64,000 nt of DNA, taken from an uncultured Methanomicrobiaceae archaeon (lineage in GTDB: Archaea; Halobacteriota; Methanomicrobia; Methanomicrobiales; Methanoculleaceae). The translations under genes and the position numbers were made by a program. The DNA lies in assembly GCA_963826525.1 (NCBI GenBank), contig CAWGXH010000004.1:1056001-1120000 (forward strand), in the 5' to 3' direction. Each line of letters starts with the position of its first letter. The first letter of the stretch is position 1. Below the pieces are notes generated by a model. The model was not told the DNA's origin. It was given only the letters and a program-made list of their open reading frames with translations, and searched no databases. This document shows, one piece after another, positions 19,043 to 30,896 of this stretch.

Positions 19043-21718
19043 ATGACGAAGATTCTCCTCGTTGACGACGAACCGGCGCTTCTGGATGTGGGAAAACTAT
19101 TTATCGAACGGGGTGGCGATGCCTCCGTCGACACCGCTTCGAGCGGAGCCGAGGCGCTGGAGAAGTTATCTTCGTGCTGCTACGACGCAATCGTCTCCGA
19201 CTACGATATGCCGGGGATGAACGGCATCGAGCTCTTAAAGGCGGTTCGCAGGGACGATGCGAGCATCCCGTTCATCATCTTCACCGGAAAAGGGCGGGAG
19301 GAGGTGGTGATCGACGCCATCAACCACGGTGCCGATTTCTACCTCCAGAAAGGAGGTGCCCCCGGTGCGCAGTTCGCCGAACTCCTGCACAAGATCCGAC
19401 AGGGGGTGCGGAGAAGGATCACGGAGAAGCGGAATGCCCATTTAAAGAGCGTCCTGCACGCGATACGGGATGTCCACCACCTGATCACCTCCGAGAAGGA
19501 TGCAGAGTCCCTGATGCGCGAGATTGCACGGCTGCTGGTCGACGCTCGCGGGTATACGCACGTCTGGATCCTGCTCCTCGACGGCGAGGGGCGGGCGGTT
19601 GCCGCCGTGGAGGCGGGGATTGGCGCGAGGTTTCAATCCTTTGCCGCGATGCTCGGCAGGGGCGAGTTCCCGTCCTGTATCCGTGCTGTCACGGACCGGG
19701 GGTGTGTCGCCACCGTCACGGACCCTGCGGTCACTTGCCGGGACTGCCCGCTCAGGTCTGATAATCGTGTCGTCGGCACCATGCTCACCCCGATCGAGGC
19801 AGGCGGGAGACTGCTCGGTGTCCTCTCGGCGACCCTGCCGCGGGAGCTTGCGATCGACGAGGAGGAGCATGCCATTTTCCGCGAACTCGGGGAGGATCTG
19901 GCCTTTGCGCTGCGGGCGAACGAGACCATCCTCCGGAGGGAGCGTGCCGAAGCTGCGCTGAAAGAGTCGGAAGAGCTCTACAGGGCGGTCTTCGAGACCA
20001 CGGGTACCGCCATGGCGATCCTGGAGGACGACCGGACGATCGCCTACGTCAACAGGGAAATGGAGCATCTTTTCGACTACTCCCGCGAAGAAGTCGAAGG
20101 AAAGATGGCGTGGACGGCTCTTGTCCCGGAGGACGAACTCGATCGGATGAAGGAGTGCCATCGCATCCGGCGGCTTGAGCCCGGTACTGCGCCGGAGAAC
20201 TACGAGTTTGTCTTCATCAACCGGCAGGGAGACCGAAAGCACGGTTTTCTCACCGTGTCCATGATCCCGGGCACGAGGCGCAGCATCGTCTCCGTGCTCG
20301 ACATCACCGGGCTCAAAGAGGCCCGGGCAGCACTACGCGAGTCCGAGGAGAAGTTCCGGTCGCTCTCCGAGTCGTCGGTCGTCGGCATCTACGTGATCAG
20401 GGACGGTCGGTTCGCGTACGTCAATCCCGCCGTGAGCGGGATCTTCGGCTATGCGCAGGAGGAGCTTTTGCGGATCTGCCCCTATGATCTTGTTCATCCC
20501 GACGACCGCGAGCTCGTCCGGGGGAATATCGCACGAAGGCTGCAGGGTGAAGCCGGCGTGAAGTACGCGTTCCGGGGGATCACGAAAGGCGGGGAGGTTA
20601 GATGGTTCGAGGTCTTCGGCGGTGCGATCACCTACGACGGCCGTCCCGCCGTTATCGGGACGCTGATCGACGTTACCGGGCACCGGGAGACCCGGCAGGC
20701 CCTCCGTGAGAGCGAGCGGAAGTACCGGTCGTTCGTCGACAATACCACGTCCGGTGTTGTGGTTGCCCAGGACGGTAGGATCCGGTATGCCAATCCCATG
20801 ATAACCGGGCACCTGGGCATGGAGCCGGGCGGCTCCGGGGATATATCGTTCGACCGCTACCTGCACCCGGGCGACCTGGAGTACGTTGCCGGGATGCACC
20901 GGCGGAGGCTGGCGGGTGAAGGCCTGCCGGAGAACTACGTGGTCCGGGTGATCGACCGCGATGGCAACACCCGCATGATGGCCATGAACGTCTCGGTGAT
21001 CGTGTGGGAAGGCCGCCCTGCGACGCTGAGTTTCCTGACCGACATCACCGAACTCGAGACGTACCGGCGGGATCTCGAGCGGGCGAATAAAAAACTGCAT
21101 ATCCTCTCCGATATTACCCGGCACGATATCCTGAACCAGCTCGGGGCGATCCGGGGCTACCTCTCGTTTATCCGGGCCGACTACCCGGATGACCCCGCTA
21201 GGTACGTCGGGAAGGTCGAGCAGGCTTCGGAGACTATCGAGCACCAGATCTCCTTCACCCGGGATTACCAGTACATGGGTGTCGTCGCCCCCGAGTGGCA
21301 GCGGATCGACCGCCTGATCGAACAGGTGCGGGCGGAGACCGATCCCGGACACGTCGATATTCTGGTCTCCACCGGGCCGCTTGAGGTCTACGCGGATCCT
21401 CTCTTCCGAAAGGTCGTCTACAACCTGCTCGACAACGCTCTCCGGCACGGTGGAGGTATCACCCGGATCGAGATTTCGTTCACCGGGACGGGAGACGGCG
21501 GGATTATCAGGTTCGAAGATGACGGAGCCGGAATCCCCGACGGGCTGAAGGAGAAGGTCTTCCGGCGCGGGGTCGGCAGCAACACCGGATACGGGCTGTT
21601 TCTGGTGCGGGAGATCCTGGATATCACCGGCATGACCATCCGGGAGACGGGGACGAAAGGCGCCGGGGCGCGGTTCGAGATATCCGTTCCGGGCGGTGTC
21701 TGCCGGATAGCACGGTGA
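19043..21718 (+). CDS. Hybrid sensor histidine kinase (REC-GAF-3xPAS-HisKA-HATPase)
   Basis: LLVDDE/SDYDMP receiver, PAS repeats (ESEEKFR), RHDILN H-box, NLLDNA, DDGAGI, GYGL. Confidence 0.92.
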   Translation: MTKILLVDDEPALLDVGKLFIERGGDASVDTASSGAEALEKLSSCCYDAIVSDYDMPGMNGIELLKAVRRDDASIPFIIFTGKGREEVVIDAINHGADFYLQKGGAPGAQFAELLHKIRQGVRRRITEKRNAHLKSVLHAIRDVHHLITSEKDAESLMREIARLLVDARGYTHVWILLLDGEGRAVAAVEAGIGARFQSFAAMLGRGEFPSCIRAVTDRGCVATVTDPAVTCRDCPLRSDNRVVGTMLTPIEAGGRLLGVLSATLPRELAIDEEEHAIFRELGEDLAFALRANETILRRERAEAALKESEELYRAVFETTGTAMAILEDDRTIAYVNREMEHLFDYSREEVEGKMAWTALVPEDELDRMKECHRIRRLEPGTAPENYEFVFINRQGDRKHGFLTVSMIPGTRRSIVSVLDITGLKEARAALRESEEKFRSLSESSVVGIYVIRDGRFAYVNPAVSGIFGYAQEELLRICPYDLVHPDDRELVRGNIARRLQGEAGVKYAFRGITKGGEVRWFEVFGGAITYDGRPAVIGTLIDVTGHRETRQALRESERKYRSFVDNTTSGVVVAQDGRIRYANPMITGHLGMEPGGSGDISFDRYLHPGDLEYVAGMHRRRLAGEGLPENYVVRVIDRDGNTRMMAMNVSVIVWEGRPATLSFLTDITELETYRRDLERANKKLHILSDITRHDILNQLGAIRGYLSFIRADYPDDPARYVGKVEQASETIEHQISFTRDYQYMGVVAPEWQRIDRLIEQVRAETDPGHVDILVSTGPLEVYADPLFRKVVYNLLDNALRHGGGITRIEISFTGTGDGGIIRFEDDGAGIPDGLKEKVFRRGVGSNTGYGLFLVREILDITGMTIRETGTKGAGARFEISVPGGVCRIAR

Positions 21719-21732
21719 GGGGCGTCCCCGGT

Positions 21733-22260
21733 TCACTCCGTCCGTGTATCGTCGTCTGCGGCCGGGGGAAGCGGCCAGAACCTGACGACCAGCACCGCGA
21801 TGGTGCTGCCGATGAGCACCTCGCCGAACCGGAGCGCCGCGTTGACGACCGGGCCTATCTCCGGGTTGAGGTTCGAGAAGATCATGACCGCTCCCACGGT
21901 GATCGCGGCGAGGCGGGCGTGGTCGGGCACCCGGAACACCTCGCAGATGAGGACGGTGAAGCCGATAGAGAGCGCCATGCCGACGGGGCTGAAGGGGAAG
22001 ACCAGCAGGTATGCGGCGCTCAGCACCGCCCCGAGCAGCGAACCGAAGACCCGGCGCCAGGCACTCCATTCGGTCGCGCCCATGCTTGCCTGCAGCACCA
22101 CCATCCCCGATATCATCGCCCAGAGGGCGCCGATGGACGCATACGACCCGTGGATGATATTGGTGAAGGAGTATGCCCCGAGGTATGCGACCAGGGAGAC
22201 GATGACGTACTGGACTGCGACGGTGAGCGTACCTGCGGTGATGCGTCCCGGGAACATCAT
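21733..22260 (-). CDS. FUSC / aromatic acid exporter family membrane protein
   Basis: WAMISGMVVLQ, RVFGSLLGA and RFGEVLIG motifs; hydrophobic. Confidence 0.7.
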   Translation of the reverse strand: MMFPGRITAGTLTVAVQYVIVSLVAYLGAYSFTNIIHGSYASIGALWAMISGMVVLQASMGATEWSAWRRVFGSLLGAVLSAAYLLVFPFSPVGMALSIGFTVLICEVFRVPDHARLAAITVGAVMIFSNLNPEIGPVVNAALRFGEVLIGSTIAVLVVRFWPLPPAADDDTRTE

Positions 22261-22688
22261 AGAATAGCAATCAGGTTGCCCGGTTGCATATTATCTTCTT
22301 CGGAAGAGTATCCGGCACGATACCCTTCCACGCCCACAGGGTTTCTCCCTTACGGCTTCTTCAGGGACGGGGGGAGCGTTCTTGACGAAGGGTGGGCAGG
22401 TTTCGGCGCAGCACTTGCGAGCGTGAGGGGTTCCTGGCCGTCCGAGAGAAGGCGGATACTCCCTGCCTGAGATTCTGCATCCCGGTAGCCCGGAACATCG
22501 GGGTTTATCATCTCTTTCCGGAACAATCCTATTTTTCGCGGAATGGGCAGGCCGCTCCTTGAAAACTCCTCTCAGCAGCACTCGCAACCGTTCCGCTCCC
22601 TGCAGGCGTCGCAGAGATGGACGATTCCATGGATCTCGTGATTCGCCCGGAAAACCTGGGTACCGGGCGCTTTGCAGAGGTGGGTGAG

Positions 22689-24161
22689 TTATGAGAAACC
22701 CTTATCAAGCGTCTCCTGGCTCTCCGGGTTCAGGCCGATAACGTACACCGATTTGCCCTGCTGCTGGTATTTGTGCACGACGCGGGCTATCGCCTCCACG
22801 GCCGAGTGGTCCCAGATATGGGAGTGGGAAAAGTCGATCCGCACCCGTTCCGGGTCGCCGGTGTAGTCGAAGAGACCGATGAAAGAGGTCATCGTGCCGA
22901 AGAAGAGCTGGCCCTTCACCGTGTAGACCCTGACGCCGTCGTCCCGGAGCGTGCCCGGCGCCGAGATGACCGATATCTTCCACCCGAAGATCAGGGCGGC
23001 GAGAACGACTCCGGCGATAACCCCTTTTGCAAGATCGTGGGTGTAGACCACGATCGCAATCGTCAGGAGCATGACGCCTGCGTCCCCTGCCGGGATCTTC
23101 CGGAGATCCCGGATCGACTGCCACTCGAAGGTCCCGATCGCGACCACGATCATGACGCCGACCAGGGCGGCCATCGGTATCTGTGCGACGATATCGCCGA
23201 GCGCGATGATGAGGAAGATCAGGAAGAGGCCGGCGACGAGCGTTGAGAGCCTGCCGGTCCCTCCCGATTTGACGTTGATGACCGACTGCCCGATCATCGC
23301 GCAGCCCGCCATCCCGCCGAAGAATCCGGCGACGCAGTTTGCAAGCCCCTGCCCTCTGACCTCGCGGTCTTTGTCGCTCGCCGTGTCGGTCATCTCGTCG
23401 ACGATCGAGGCCGTCAGGAGCGACTCGAGCAGGCCGACGATGACGAGCGTCAGGGAGTAGGGCAGGATGATCAGGAGGGTCTCTGCGGTCAGCGGCACGG
23501 CGGGCAGGTGGAAGATCGGGAGCGCCCGGGTGATCGTCCCGATGTCCCCTACGGCGAGGACGTCGACTCCGAAGGCAATGGCGGCGGCCGTCATCACCAG
23601 GATGGCGACGAGCGACGACGGGACGGCTTTCGTCAGCCGGGGGAGGAGGTAGATGATGGCGATCGTCGCCGCGACCATCGCATACATCGCGAGCGAGGCG
23701 CCGACGAGGAACGGCACCTGGGCGAGGAAGATCAGGATGGCCAGGGAGTTGACGAACCCGAGGACGACCGAGTAGGGGATGAACGTGATGAACCGCCCGA
23801 CGTTCAGCTGCCCGAGGACGAACTGGAGGATGCCGGTGAGGATGGTCGCCGCCAGGAGGTATTCGAGCCCGTGGTCGCGGACCAGGACGATCATGACGAG
23901 CGCCATCGACCCGGTGGCTGCGGAGATCATTCCGGGCCTCCCGCCGGCGAAGGCGATCACGACGGCGATGCAGAACGAGGCGTAGAGCCCCACCATGGGG
24001 TCGACACCGGCGATGATGGAGAAGGCGATCGCCTCGGGGATGAGGGCAAGGGCTACGGTCATTCCGGCGAGGGTATCGCCCCGGACGTTGGAGAACCACG
24101 CTTTCTTCAGCGCGCTGCTATCTATCTGCATCTTCAAATCCACGAAATATCCTCGGTTCAA
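22689..24161 (-). CDS. SulP family inorganic anion transporter with STAS domain
   Basis: [42 protein letters not shown] and WDHSA. Confidence 0.93.
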   Translation of the reverse strand: MNRGYFVDLKMQIDSSALKKAWFSNVRGDTLAGMTVALALIPEAIAFSIIAGVDPMVGLYASFCIAVVIAFAGGRPGMISAATGSMALVMIVLVRDHGLEYLLAATILTGILQFVLGQLNVGRFITFIPYSVVLGFVNSLAILIFLAQVPFLVGASLAMYAMVAATIAIIYLLPRLTKAVPSSLVAILVMTAAAIAFGVDVLAVGDIGTITRALPIFHLPAVPLTAETLLIILPYSLTLVIVGLLESLLTASIVDEMTDTASDKDREVRGQGLANCVAGFFGGMAGCAMIGQSVINVKSGGTGRLSTLVAGLFLIFLIIALGDIVAQIPMAALVGVMIVVAIGTFEWQSIRDLRKIPAGDAGVMLLTIAIVVYTHDLAKGVIAGVVLAALIFGWKISVISAPGTLRDDGVRVYTVKGQLFFGTMTSFIGLFDYTGDPERVRIDFSHSHIWDHSAVEAIARVVHKYQQQGKSVYVIGLNPESQETLDKGFS

Positions 24162-24357
24162 AATATTATGAGAGGAAAAACGTTCGGCAGGCGCCGCGAG
24201 TGGTTATTCATTTCTCCGCATCGGAATTTGAAGGTTTTCCCCGTATTCGACCGGGCGCTGCATCGCCGCCATCGGTATGCCTATATGGCGCGGGCGTGAA
24301 CCATTGGGAATACGGCACGCATGCGGCCGACAGCGCCGGTTTTCGTTGGAGATTGCT

Positions 24358-24786
24358 ATGTTTCGTACGATTCTACTTGCTACGGATGGTTCGGAGAACG
24401 CCCGCCGGGCAACGGAGGCCGCAGTCACGCTTGCAGGGGAGTTCGCCCACCCGGCGGTGATCGTGGTGGTGCACGTCGCCACATCACCTCCGTCGCAGTC
24501 ACGGCTGGTCAGGGCGAACTTCGACGTCCATGCCCTCCTCGAGGAGGACGCCCGGCAGGCGGTGAAGGGGACGCTCGACCGGTTTGAGGAGGCGGGGCTC
24601 CCTTATACGCTGAAGGTTGCGCTCGGCGATCCCGTCGCGGAGATCCTTGGAGTCGCCCGGAAGGAGAATGCCGACCTGATCGTCATCGGGAGCCGGGGGC
24701 TCGGCGCCATCCGCGGAGCGGTGATGGGCAGTGTCAGCCAGAAACTCGCCCAGACCGCCGACTGTCCGGTGATGATCGTCAGGTAA
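24358..24786 (+). CDS. Universal stress protein
   Basis: ILLATDGS...GDP...DLIVIGSRG...GSVS...CPVMIV. Confidence 0.93.
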   Translation: MFRTILLATDGSENARRATEAAVTLAGEFAHPAVIVVVHVATSPPSQSRLVRANFDVHALLEEDARQAVKGTLDRFEEAGLPYTLKVALGDPVAEILGVARKENADLIVIGSRGLGAIRGAVMGSVSQKLAQTADCPVMIVR

Positions 24787-24940
24787 CTGCCCGCAGTATC
24801 GCTCCCGCTTTTTTTTGGGCTGCACGGTTCTCCTCACGGAGCATGTCTGCCGGTGCAGTCCTCCTCATCCGGCCGGTCATGGGTGCATTCGAGCACCTCT
24901 CGTGGTGGGGCTCCGGAAGGGTCCTGCATCGTGCGGGCAC

Positions 24941-25570
24941 TCAATACCACACCCGATCCATGATCGCCCGCCCATCCTCCCGGAATCTGACTCCTTCCAT
25001 CTCGAGAAGTCTCCGTTTCATATCCCGGCCGGCCTGAAACCCGCCCGGCCGCCCGTCCGATCGCAGAGCGCGGTGGCAGGGGATGACGAGGGGAAACGGG
25101 TTGTGGGCGAGTGCATTGCCGACCGCCCGTGCAGCGCCCGGGTTCCCGAGATAGCGGGCGATGCGTCCGTATGTGCTGACATATCCCCGGGGTATGCCGT
25201 ATTCGGCGAGGAGTACGCGCCGCTGGAAGGGCGGGCACCGGTCAAGATCGAGCAGCCCGGTATCGAAATGCACGTCATGTCCCCGAAGGAAGGACTGTAT
25301 GCCGGCGATCAGCGTTCGGATGCCTTTATCCCGAGGGTTTTGAACGGAAGGCATCTCTCCGCGAATCGCCGCATCGGACCTGGGGTCGCCGGGGAGGAGG
25401 ATTCTCTGCACCTTCGGCCCCGATGCAGCGTGGAGCCAGACCAGGCGAACCTGGCCGACTGCCGTCCTGATATCGGTGACCATCGGGAGCATCGTGTCGG
25501 GAGATCGATCGATGAGTCCCGGATATGCTGCTGCCTGTGTATTATGCTCATGCCCGCTGCTCTCTCTCAC
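24941..25570 (-). CDS. ogt: Methylated-DNA-[protein]-cysteine S-methyltransferase (start uncertain)
   Basis: IPRG-x3-TYG, ARAVGNA, NP-x4-IPCHR active site. Confidence 0.88.
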   Translation of the reverse strand: MRESSGHEHNTQAAAYPGLIDRSPDTMLPMVTDIRTAVGQVRLVWLHAASGPKVQRILLPGDPRSDAAIRGEMPSVQNPRDKGIRTLIAGIQSFLRGHDVHFDTGLLDLDRCPPFQRRVLLAEYGIPRGYVSTYGRIARYLGNPGAARAVGNALAHNPFPLVIPCHRALRSDGRPGGFQAGRDMKRRLLEMEGVRFREDGRAIMDRVWY

Positions 25571-25757
25571 ACTACCCGCCGGCAGGCTACGGATGGGCGG
25601 CGGCCTTTGTCTTCACCGGGCCGCTCTTCGGTGCATCCCGGTTCGACCGGGCTAAACGGCTGCATCTCTGGTGAGGCTGCGAATGCTTCTCCCATGCAAG
25701 CGAGGTCAGAAAGAGACTATTTAACGATTTGGGGAGAGAATCGAAATTGAAATAAAA

Positions 25758-25830
25758 GGCCAGGGCCGAGATTCGAACCCGGGTCGAGGGATCCACAGTC
25801 CCTTAGGATAACCAACTACCCCACCCTGGC
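25758..25830 (-). tRNA. tRNA-His(GTG)
   Basis: Reverse complement GCCAGGG...AGGGA-CT-GTG-GA-TCCCT...GGTTCGAATC...CCCTGGC. Confidence 0.93.
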
Positions 25831-26163
25831 AGGATACCCTCTTTTATTTGTACGGGGATTTGATTAATCTATCTCTTCGTCTCTGCCCCGCACCCCCCGC
25901 CATCGGGGGTTAGATGCGTTGCAGTGGTACCCCCGCGACAGGGACGGGTGGAGCGCCGTCTCTGTTTTTCCCCGGGCTTATCGTGGGCGCCTGCATCCGC
26001 GGGTGAATTATTAATAGACTCCATGTTCTATTACGTACCAGCGTATGCAGTGCCGGGCGACACGGTGAGGAGATAGTTCAGTGGAAACTTCGGCGCTGAG
26101 TCGGGAAACGGCTGGAATCGCCGGGCTCCCTGCCCGAAACCATTCTTCTCCGATCACTGCCGG

Positions 26164-27957
26164 ATGGTGAATATGATGACAAATACTTCCAAGATCAGAA
26201 CCCCGATCGTCTGCGTACTCGGGCACGTAGATCACGGAAAGACCTCGCTGCTCGATAGAATACGCGGCTCTTCCGTAGTCGACACCGAAGCGGGTGCCAT
26301 TACGCAGCATATCGGTGCGACGGTCGTTCCGATCGATGCGATAACCCGGATGGGCGGTGCTCTCTCCAAGCTGACGGTCAGCATCCCGGGTCTCCTCTTC
26401 ATCGATACCCCGGGGCACCATGCTTTCACGACGCTCCGGGCGCGCGGCGGGTCACTCGCCGATCTCGCGATTGTGGTCGTGGATATCAACGAGGGATTCA
26501 AGCCCCAGACGATCGAAGCGCTCCAGATCCTGCGCAACTACAAAACACCGTTCGTCATTGCGGCGAACAAGGTCGATCGCATCCACGGCTGGCGTGTCCA
26601 GGAGAATGCCCCCTTCGCCACGACGTTCGCCAAGCAGAACGAACGGGTGCAGGGTATCGTCGAGACGAAGATCTACGAACTCGTCGGGAAACTCTCGGAT
26701 CTCGGGTTCAACTCCGAGCGGTACGACCGGGTGCGCGACTTTGCACGGAACATCGCGATCGTGCCGACGAGTGCTATCACCGGCGAAGGCATCCCGGATG
26801 TCCTGATGATGCTGATCGGGCTTGCCCAGCGCTACATGACCGATAATCTCGCGATGAGCGTCGAGGGGCCCGGTGCCGGGACGGTGCTCGAGGTGAAAGA
26901 GGAGCGCGGTCTCGGGACAACGCTCGATGTCATCCTCTACGACGGAACGCTCAGCGTCGGCGACGAGATCGTGGTTGCGGGCCATACCCAGACGATCACC
27001 ACGAAGGTCCGGTCGCTCTTAAAGCCCCGGCCTATGAGCGAGATCCTGGTAGAGGAGAAGTTCGAGCGGGTCAAGTCCGTCACCGCCGCCGCCGGTATAA
27101 AGGTCGCCGCCCCGAAGCTCGAGGGCGTCATTGCGGGTACGCCCCTCCGTGTTATCCGGGGGGAGAACCGCGATGCGGTCGTCGAACAGGTGATGCACGA
27201 GATTCAGGACATCCAGGTGACCCTCGCCGAGGAGGGCGTCGTCATCAAGGCCGATACCATCGGGGCGCTCGAAGCCCTCTCGAAAGAGCTCGATAGCCAG
27301 GGTATCGGGGTGATGAAGGCGGAGGTCGGCCCGGTTACCCGGCATGACGTCATTGAGACAGGCACGATCAAAAATCCGCTCTACAGTGCGATTCTCGCCT
27401 TCAATACCCCGATCCTCCCCGACGCGGTCGATGCCCTGGCGGAGGCCTCCGCATCCAGCGTCAGCATCTTCGAAGGGGGCGTCATCTACAAACTCCTCGA
27501 CGAGTACGTGGAGTGGCGGGAGGAGAAGAAACGCGAGATGGAGCGGCAGCAGTTCGAGAAACTCGTCATGCCGGCGAAACTCCGCATTCTCCCGAACTGC
27601 GTCTTCCGCCAGAGCAACCCTGCCGTGGTGGGTGTTCGCATCCTCGGCGGCAAGTTGCAGAGCGACGTGAACCTGGTGCTTACGAACGGGAAGAAGGTCG
27701 GCCACCTCAAGCAGATGCAACTGCGGAGCGAGACGATCCACGAGGCCGATGCCGGCAAGGAGGTGGCGATCTCGATCGAAGGGCCGACTGTCGGCCGGCA
27801 GATCGACGTTGACGACGAGATGTACGTGGATATACCGGAGCGGCACGTAAAAGTGATCGAGCGGGAGATGCTCGACCGGCTCAACACGAGCATGCAGGAG
27901 ATCCTCGAGGAGTACACGACCATGAGGCGGCGTGACGATCCCTTCTGGGGGAAGTAG
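26164..27957 (+). CDS. infB: Translation initiation factor aIF5B (IF-2)
   Basis: RTPIVCVLGHVDHGKT, EAGAITQHIGA, DTPGH, NKVD. Confidence 0.96.
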   Translation: MVNMMTNTSKIRTPIVCVLGHVDHGKTSLLDRIRGSSVVDTEAGAITQHIGATVVPIDAITRMGGALSKLTVSIPGLLFIDTPGHHAFTTLRARGGSLADLAIVVVDINEGFKPQTIEALQILRNYKTPFVIAANKVDRIHGWRVQENAPFATTFAKQNERVQGIVETKIYELVGKLSDLGFNSERYDRVRDFARNIAIVPTSAITGEGIPDVLMMLIGLAQRYMTDNLAMSVEGPGAGTVLEVKEERGLGTTLDVILYDGTLSVGDEIVVAGHTQTITTKVRSLLKPRPMSEILVEEKFERVKSVTAAAGIKVAAPKLEGVIAGTPLRVIRGENRDAVVEQVMHEIQDIQVTLAEEGVVIKADTIGALEALSKELDSQGIGVMKAEVGPVTRHDVIETGTIKNPLYSAILAFNTPILPDAVDALAEASASSVSIFEGGVIYKLLDEYVEWREEKKREMERQQFEKLVMPAKLRILPNCVFRQSNPAVVGVRILGGKLQSDVNLVLTNGKKVGHLKQMQLRSETIHEADAGKEVAISIEGPTVGRQIDVDDEMYVDIPERHVKVIEREMLDRLNTSMQEILEEYTTMRRRDDPFWGK

Positions 27958-28011
27958 TATTTAATATCTCAATATCAAACGTAATAGATACATTTGAAGG
28001 AGTGGCCAGAT

Positions 28012-28407
28012 ATGGTGGATTTTAAAGTAGTTCTCTCCGACCCGAACTCGGGTCGGTCATACAAAATCGACGCAACCGGCGCTGTGGCGGGTGCATTGGT
28101 CGGGAAGCGTATCGGTGAATCGATAGACGGCAATGCTCTCGGTCTTGCCGGCTATACTGTTGAGATCACCGGCGGGACGGACAAGACCGGTATTCCTGCG
28201 CGGCGGGACCTTCCCGGCTCGGGACGCAAAAGGCTGCTCCTCTCGGAGAGCACCGGGTTTCACCCCACGTACGACGGCGAACGCCGCCGGAAATCCATTC
28301 GCGGCGGCGAGATCAACCAGGACTTCGTCCAGATCAATGCCATCGTGAAGACCTACGGCGAGAAGTCGCTGCAGGACTATTTCGGACCGAAGGAAGCTGC
28401 AGAATAA
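28012..28407 (+). CDS. rps6e: 30S ribosomal protein S6e
   Basis: FKVVLSDP, GKRIGE, ITGGTDKTG, GERRRKSIRG, QIN. Confidence 0.95.
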   Translation: MVDFKVVLSDPNSGRSYKIDATGAVAGALVGKRIGESIDGNALGLAGYTVEITGGTDKTGIPARRDLPGSGRKRLLLSESTGFHPTYDGERRRKSIRGGEINQDFVQINAIVKTYGEKSLQDYFGPKEAAE

Positions 28408-28408
28408 A

Positions 28409-28879
28409 TCAACTCCTATTTTTCTTCGATACGCTCGTGATCAGGGCATCGAGTTTGTCCTCGAACGGGACGGCGTATCGCTTTGCTATCAGCACGACTG
28501 CCGCCTCCACGCTGAGGTTGCCGTCGAAGTGATCGGTAATGATCGGGTTGAGCTCGGCCACGATCTGGTTCGGCGATCTGCCGGTTGCAGCCGCAATACG
28601 CCCGATGAGTTCTTCGTACGGGTTCTCTTCTTCGAGTATCCCCGACGTGGGTTTGAACCCGAGCGGGACGGTCACCCCGGCGACATCGAAGAGCGGTCTG
28701 ATAAAGCCACCGTCTACCTCGACAAGCCCGTCCGCCCGTGCGCGCTCCAGCAGCCGATTCGCCTGCTCTTTGTTCATCCACTTCCGGTCGATGGCGATAT
28801 AGAAGATGAACTCGCTCTTCTGCAGCCGATCTTTCCGCATATGTTTGAACGGCGCGGCGACGGCGATCGTCAGGCTCAC
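28409..28879 (-). CDS. DUF2240 family protein
   Basis: GTG start; SLTIAVAAPF...IDRKWM...PLGFKP. Confidence 0.8.
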   Translation of the reverse strand: MSLTIAVAAPFKHMRKDRLQKSEFIFYIAIDRKWMNKEQANRLLERARADGLVEVDGGFIRPLFDVAGVTVPLGFKPTSGILEEENPYEELIGRIAAATGRSPNQIVAELNPIITDHFDGNLSVEAAVVLIAKRYAVPFEDKLDALITSVSKKNRS

Positions 28880-29298
28880 TCGCAGGCACCCTTGAGCAGC
28901 GTTCGAAGGTCCATCGCGTCCATGCCGCCGTGCTGCCCCTCTTTTGCCACGAAGCATTCGGTATAGGCGCCTCTGTCCGCGACTCTGAGCAGAAAGATAT
29001 TCGCGGAGACGGGAAGACGGCGTTCCGGGGTGAGGAGTGTCTCCTGCAGGTCGATCCGGAAGTCGGCAGTCTCGGATACGGTCTCTTCGAGCGGCGGCAG
29101 GGAATCGAGAGATACGAACTGCGTCCTGCCGTCGGATATCTGGAGGAGTATCCTCCGCTTGAGGAGGCCGTTGTCCTGCCGCTCCGTCGTGTGGGTGTTG
29201 TGGAGCCGCTGCAGGCACCGCAGGAGGTCATGGAACGGGCGATGTACTTCGAAGTCGAGATCGATGTTCTGGGGGAACCGATGGTAGACTCTGCGCAT
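28876..29298 (-). CDS. Hypothetical protein
   Basis: 140-aa ORF whose stop overlaps the DUF2240 start (GTGA). Confidence 0.55.
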   Translation of the reverse strand: MRRVYHRFPQNIDLDFEVHRPFHDLLRCLQRLHNTHTTERQDNGLLKRRILLQISDGRTQFVSLDSLPPLEETVSETADFRIDLQETLLTPERRLPVSANIFLLRVADRGAYTECFVAKEGQHGGMDAMDLRTLLKGACE

Positions 29299-29413
29299 TG
29301 GTACAATTGAGGATCTGGGAACGTAAAAAGAATATGATCTCCGGGAGATGCTCCGGAGACGGGCGCCGAAAGGTTTTCATCCTTCGCGGCGGGTATCCCT
29401 CTCCCACGAGGGG

Positions 29414-30858
29414 ATGGTTATCACGGAGCACCTGACGATCATGCAGATGAACGACTCGCACGGCTATCTGGAGCTCCACCCGGAACTCTTCCGGGCGGGG
29501 GATCGGGCGGAGATCCGGATGGCAGGGGGGTATGCACGGATAGGCACGCTCCTCGATCAGGTCCGGGAGGAGCGGCCGGGGGAGGTGCTGGCGTTCGACT
29601 GCGGGGATACCATCCACGGGACGTACGGGGCGGTAAAGACCCGGGGCGAGGCGCTCGTCCCGATCCTGAACGCCCTTGACTTCGACGGCATGACCGCTCA
29701 CTGGGAGTTTGCCTACGGGCCGGAGCGGTTCTCTGAAGTGGCGGGCAGGCTCCGCTATCCGATGCTCGCGGTCAACTGCTACGACGACGCGACCGGCGAC
29801 CTGGTCTTTCAGCCCTATACCGTCTGCGAGACCGACTCGCTGCAGGTCGGCGTCATCGGCATCGCGGCGACGATCGTCGACAAGACAATGCCGGCATCGT
29901 TCTCAAAGGGCATCCACTTCACGCTCGGGAACGAGGAACTTCCGGGCGCCATCGCCCTGCTCCGCGACGACGAGGGTGTCGACCTCATCGTAGTCGTCTC
30001 GCACCTCGGGTTCCCGCAGGAGATGCAGCTTGCGCGGGAGGTCGACGGGATCGACGTGCTGCTCTCCGCCCATACGCATAACCGGCTCTACCGGCCGGCG
30101 ATCGTGAACGATACCATCGTCATGCAGTCGGGCTGCCACGGCTCGTTCCTCGGGAGGCTGGACCTCGAGGTGGAGAACCGTCGCGTCGCCCGGTATGCCC
30201 ACCGGCTCCTCACCGTCGACCCGGGCATCCGGCCGGACCCCGCGATCGAGGAGATGGTGAACCGGACGCTCGATCCCCATCGCCAGGAGCTCGGGCGGGT
30301 CGTGGGGACGACGGCGACCGCACTCCACCGGACGCTGGTGCTCGAATCGACGATGGATAACCTCCTTCTCCAGGCGCTGCAGGACGTTACCGGGGCGGAG
30401 ATGGCCTTCTCGAACGGCTGGCGGTACGGAGCCCCGGTTCCGCCGGGTCCGGTCACCGTCAATGACCTCTGGAACATCATCCCGACGAACCCGCCCGTCT
30501 CCACCGTCGAGCTCCGGGGCCGGGAGCTCCTGGCGATGATGGAGGAGAATCTCGAGCATACCTTCTCCCGCGACCCCTACAACCAGATGGGCGGCTACGT
30601 CAAGCGGTGTCTCGGGATAACCGTCTACTGCAAGCTTGAAAACCCGGCTGGGAACAGGATCCAGGAGTTCTTCGTGGGCGGTAGATCGCTTGAGCCCGAC
30701 CGGACGTACAGCGCTGCGTTCGTGACCACGCAGGGCGTTCCGGAGCAGTACGGTGAGAATCGTCGGCACCTCGATCTCCGTGCCGTCGAGGCACTGGAGC
30801 GTTACCTTGCAGGAGGGCCGGCCCGGGCGGACTCCGCGGCACGGTCACGGCGATCTGA
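29414..30858 (+). CDS. Metallophosphoesterase/5'-nucleotidase family protein with SoxB-type HWEF motif (C-terminal frameshift)
   Basis: MNDSHG, DCGD, AHWEF, VSHLG, SAHTH, NGWRYG, QMGG. Confidence 0.82.
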
Positions 30859-30896
30859 TCGGAAGATCGTTAACGGGCAGCAGGAGTTTCTGCAGT

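Noticed and set aside
24180-24275. Fluoride riboswitch upstream of the SulP transporter (GGCGATG on the minus strand)
   Set aside because: The rest of the consensus and the pseudoknot partner are absent.
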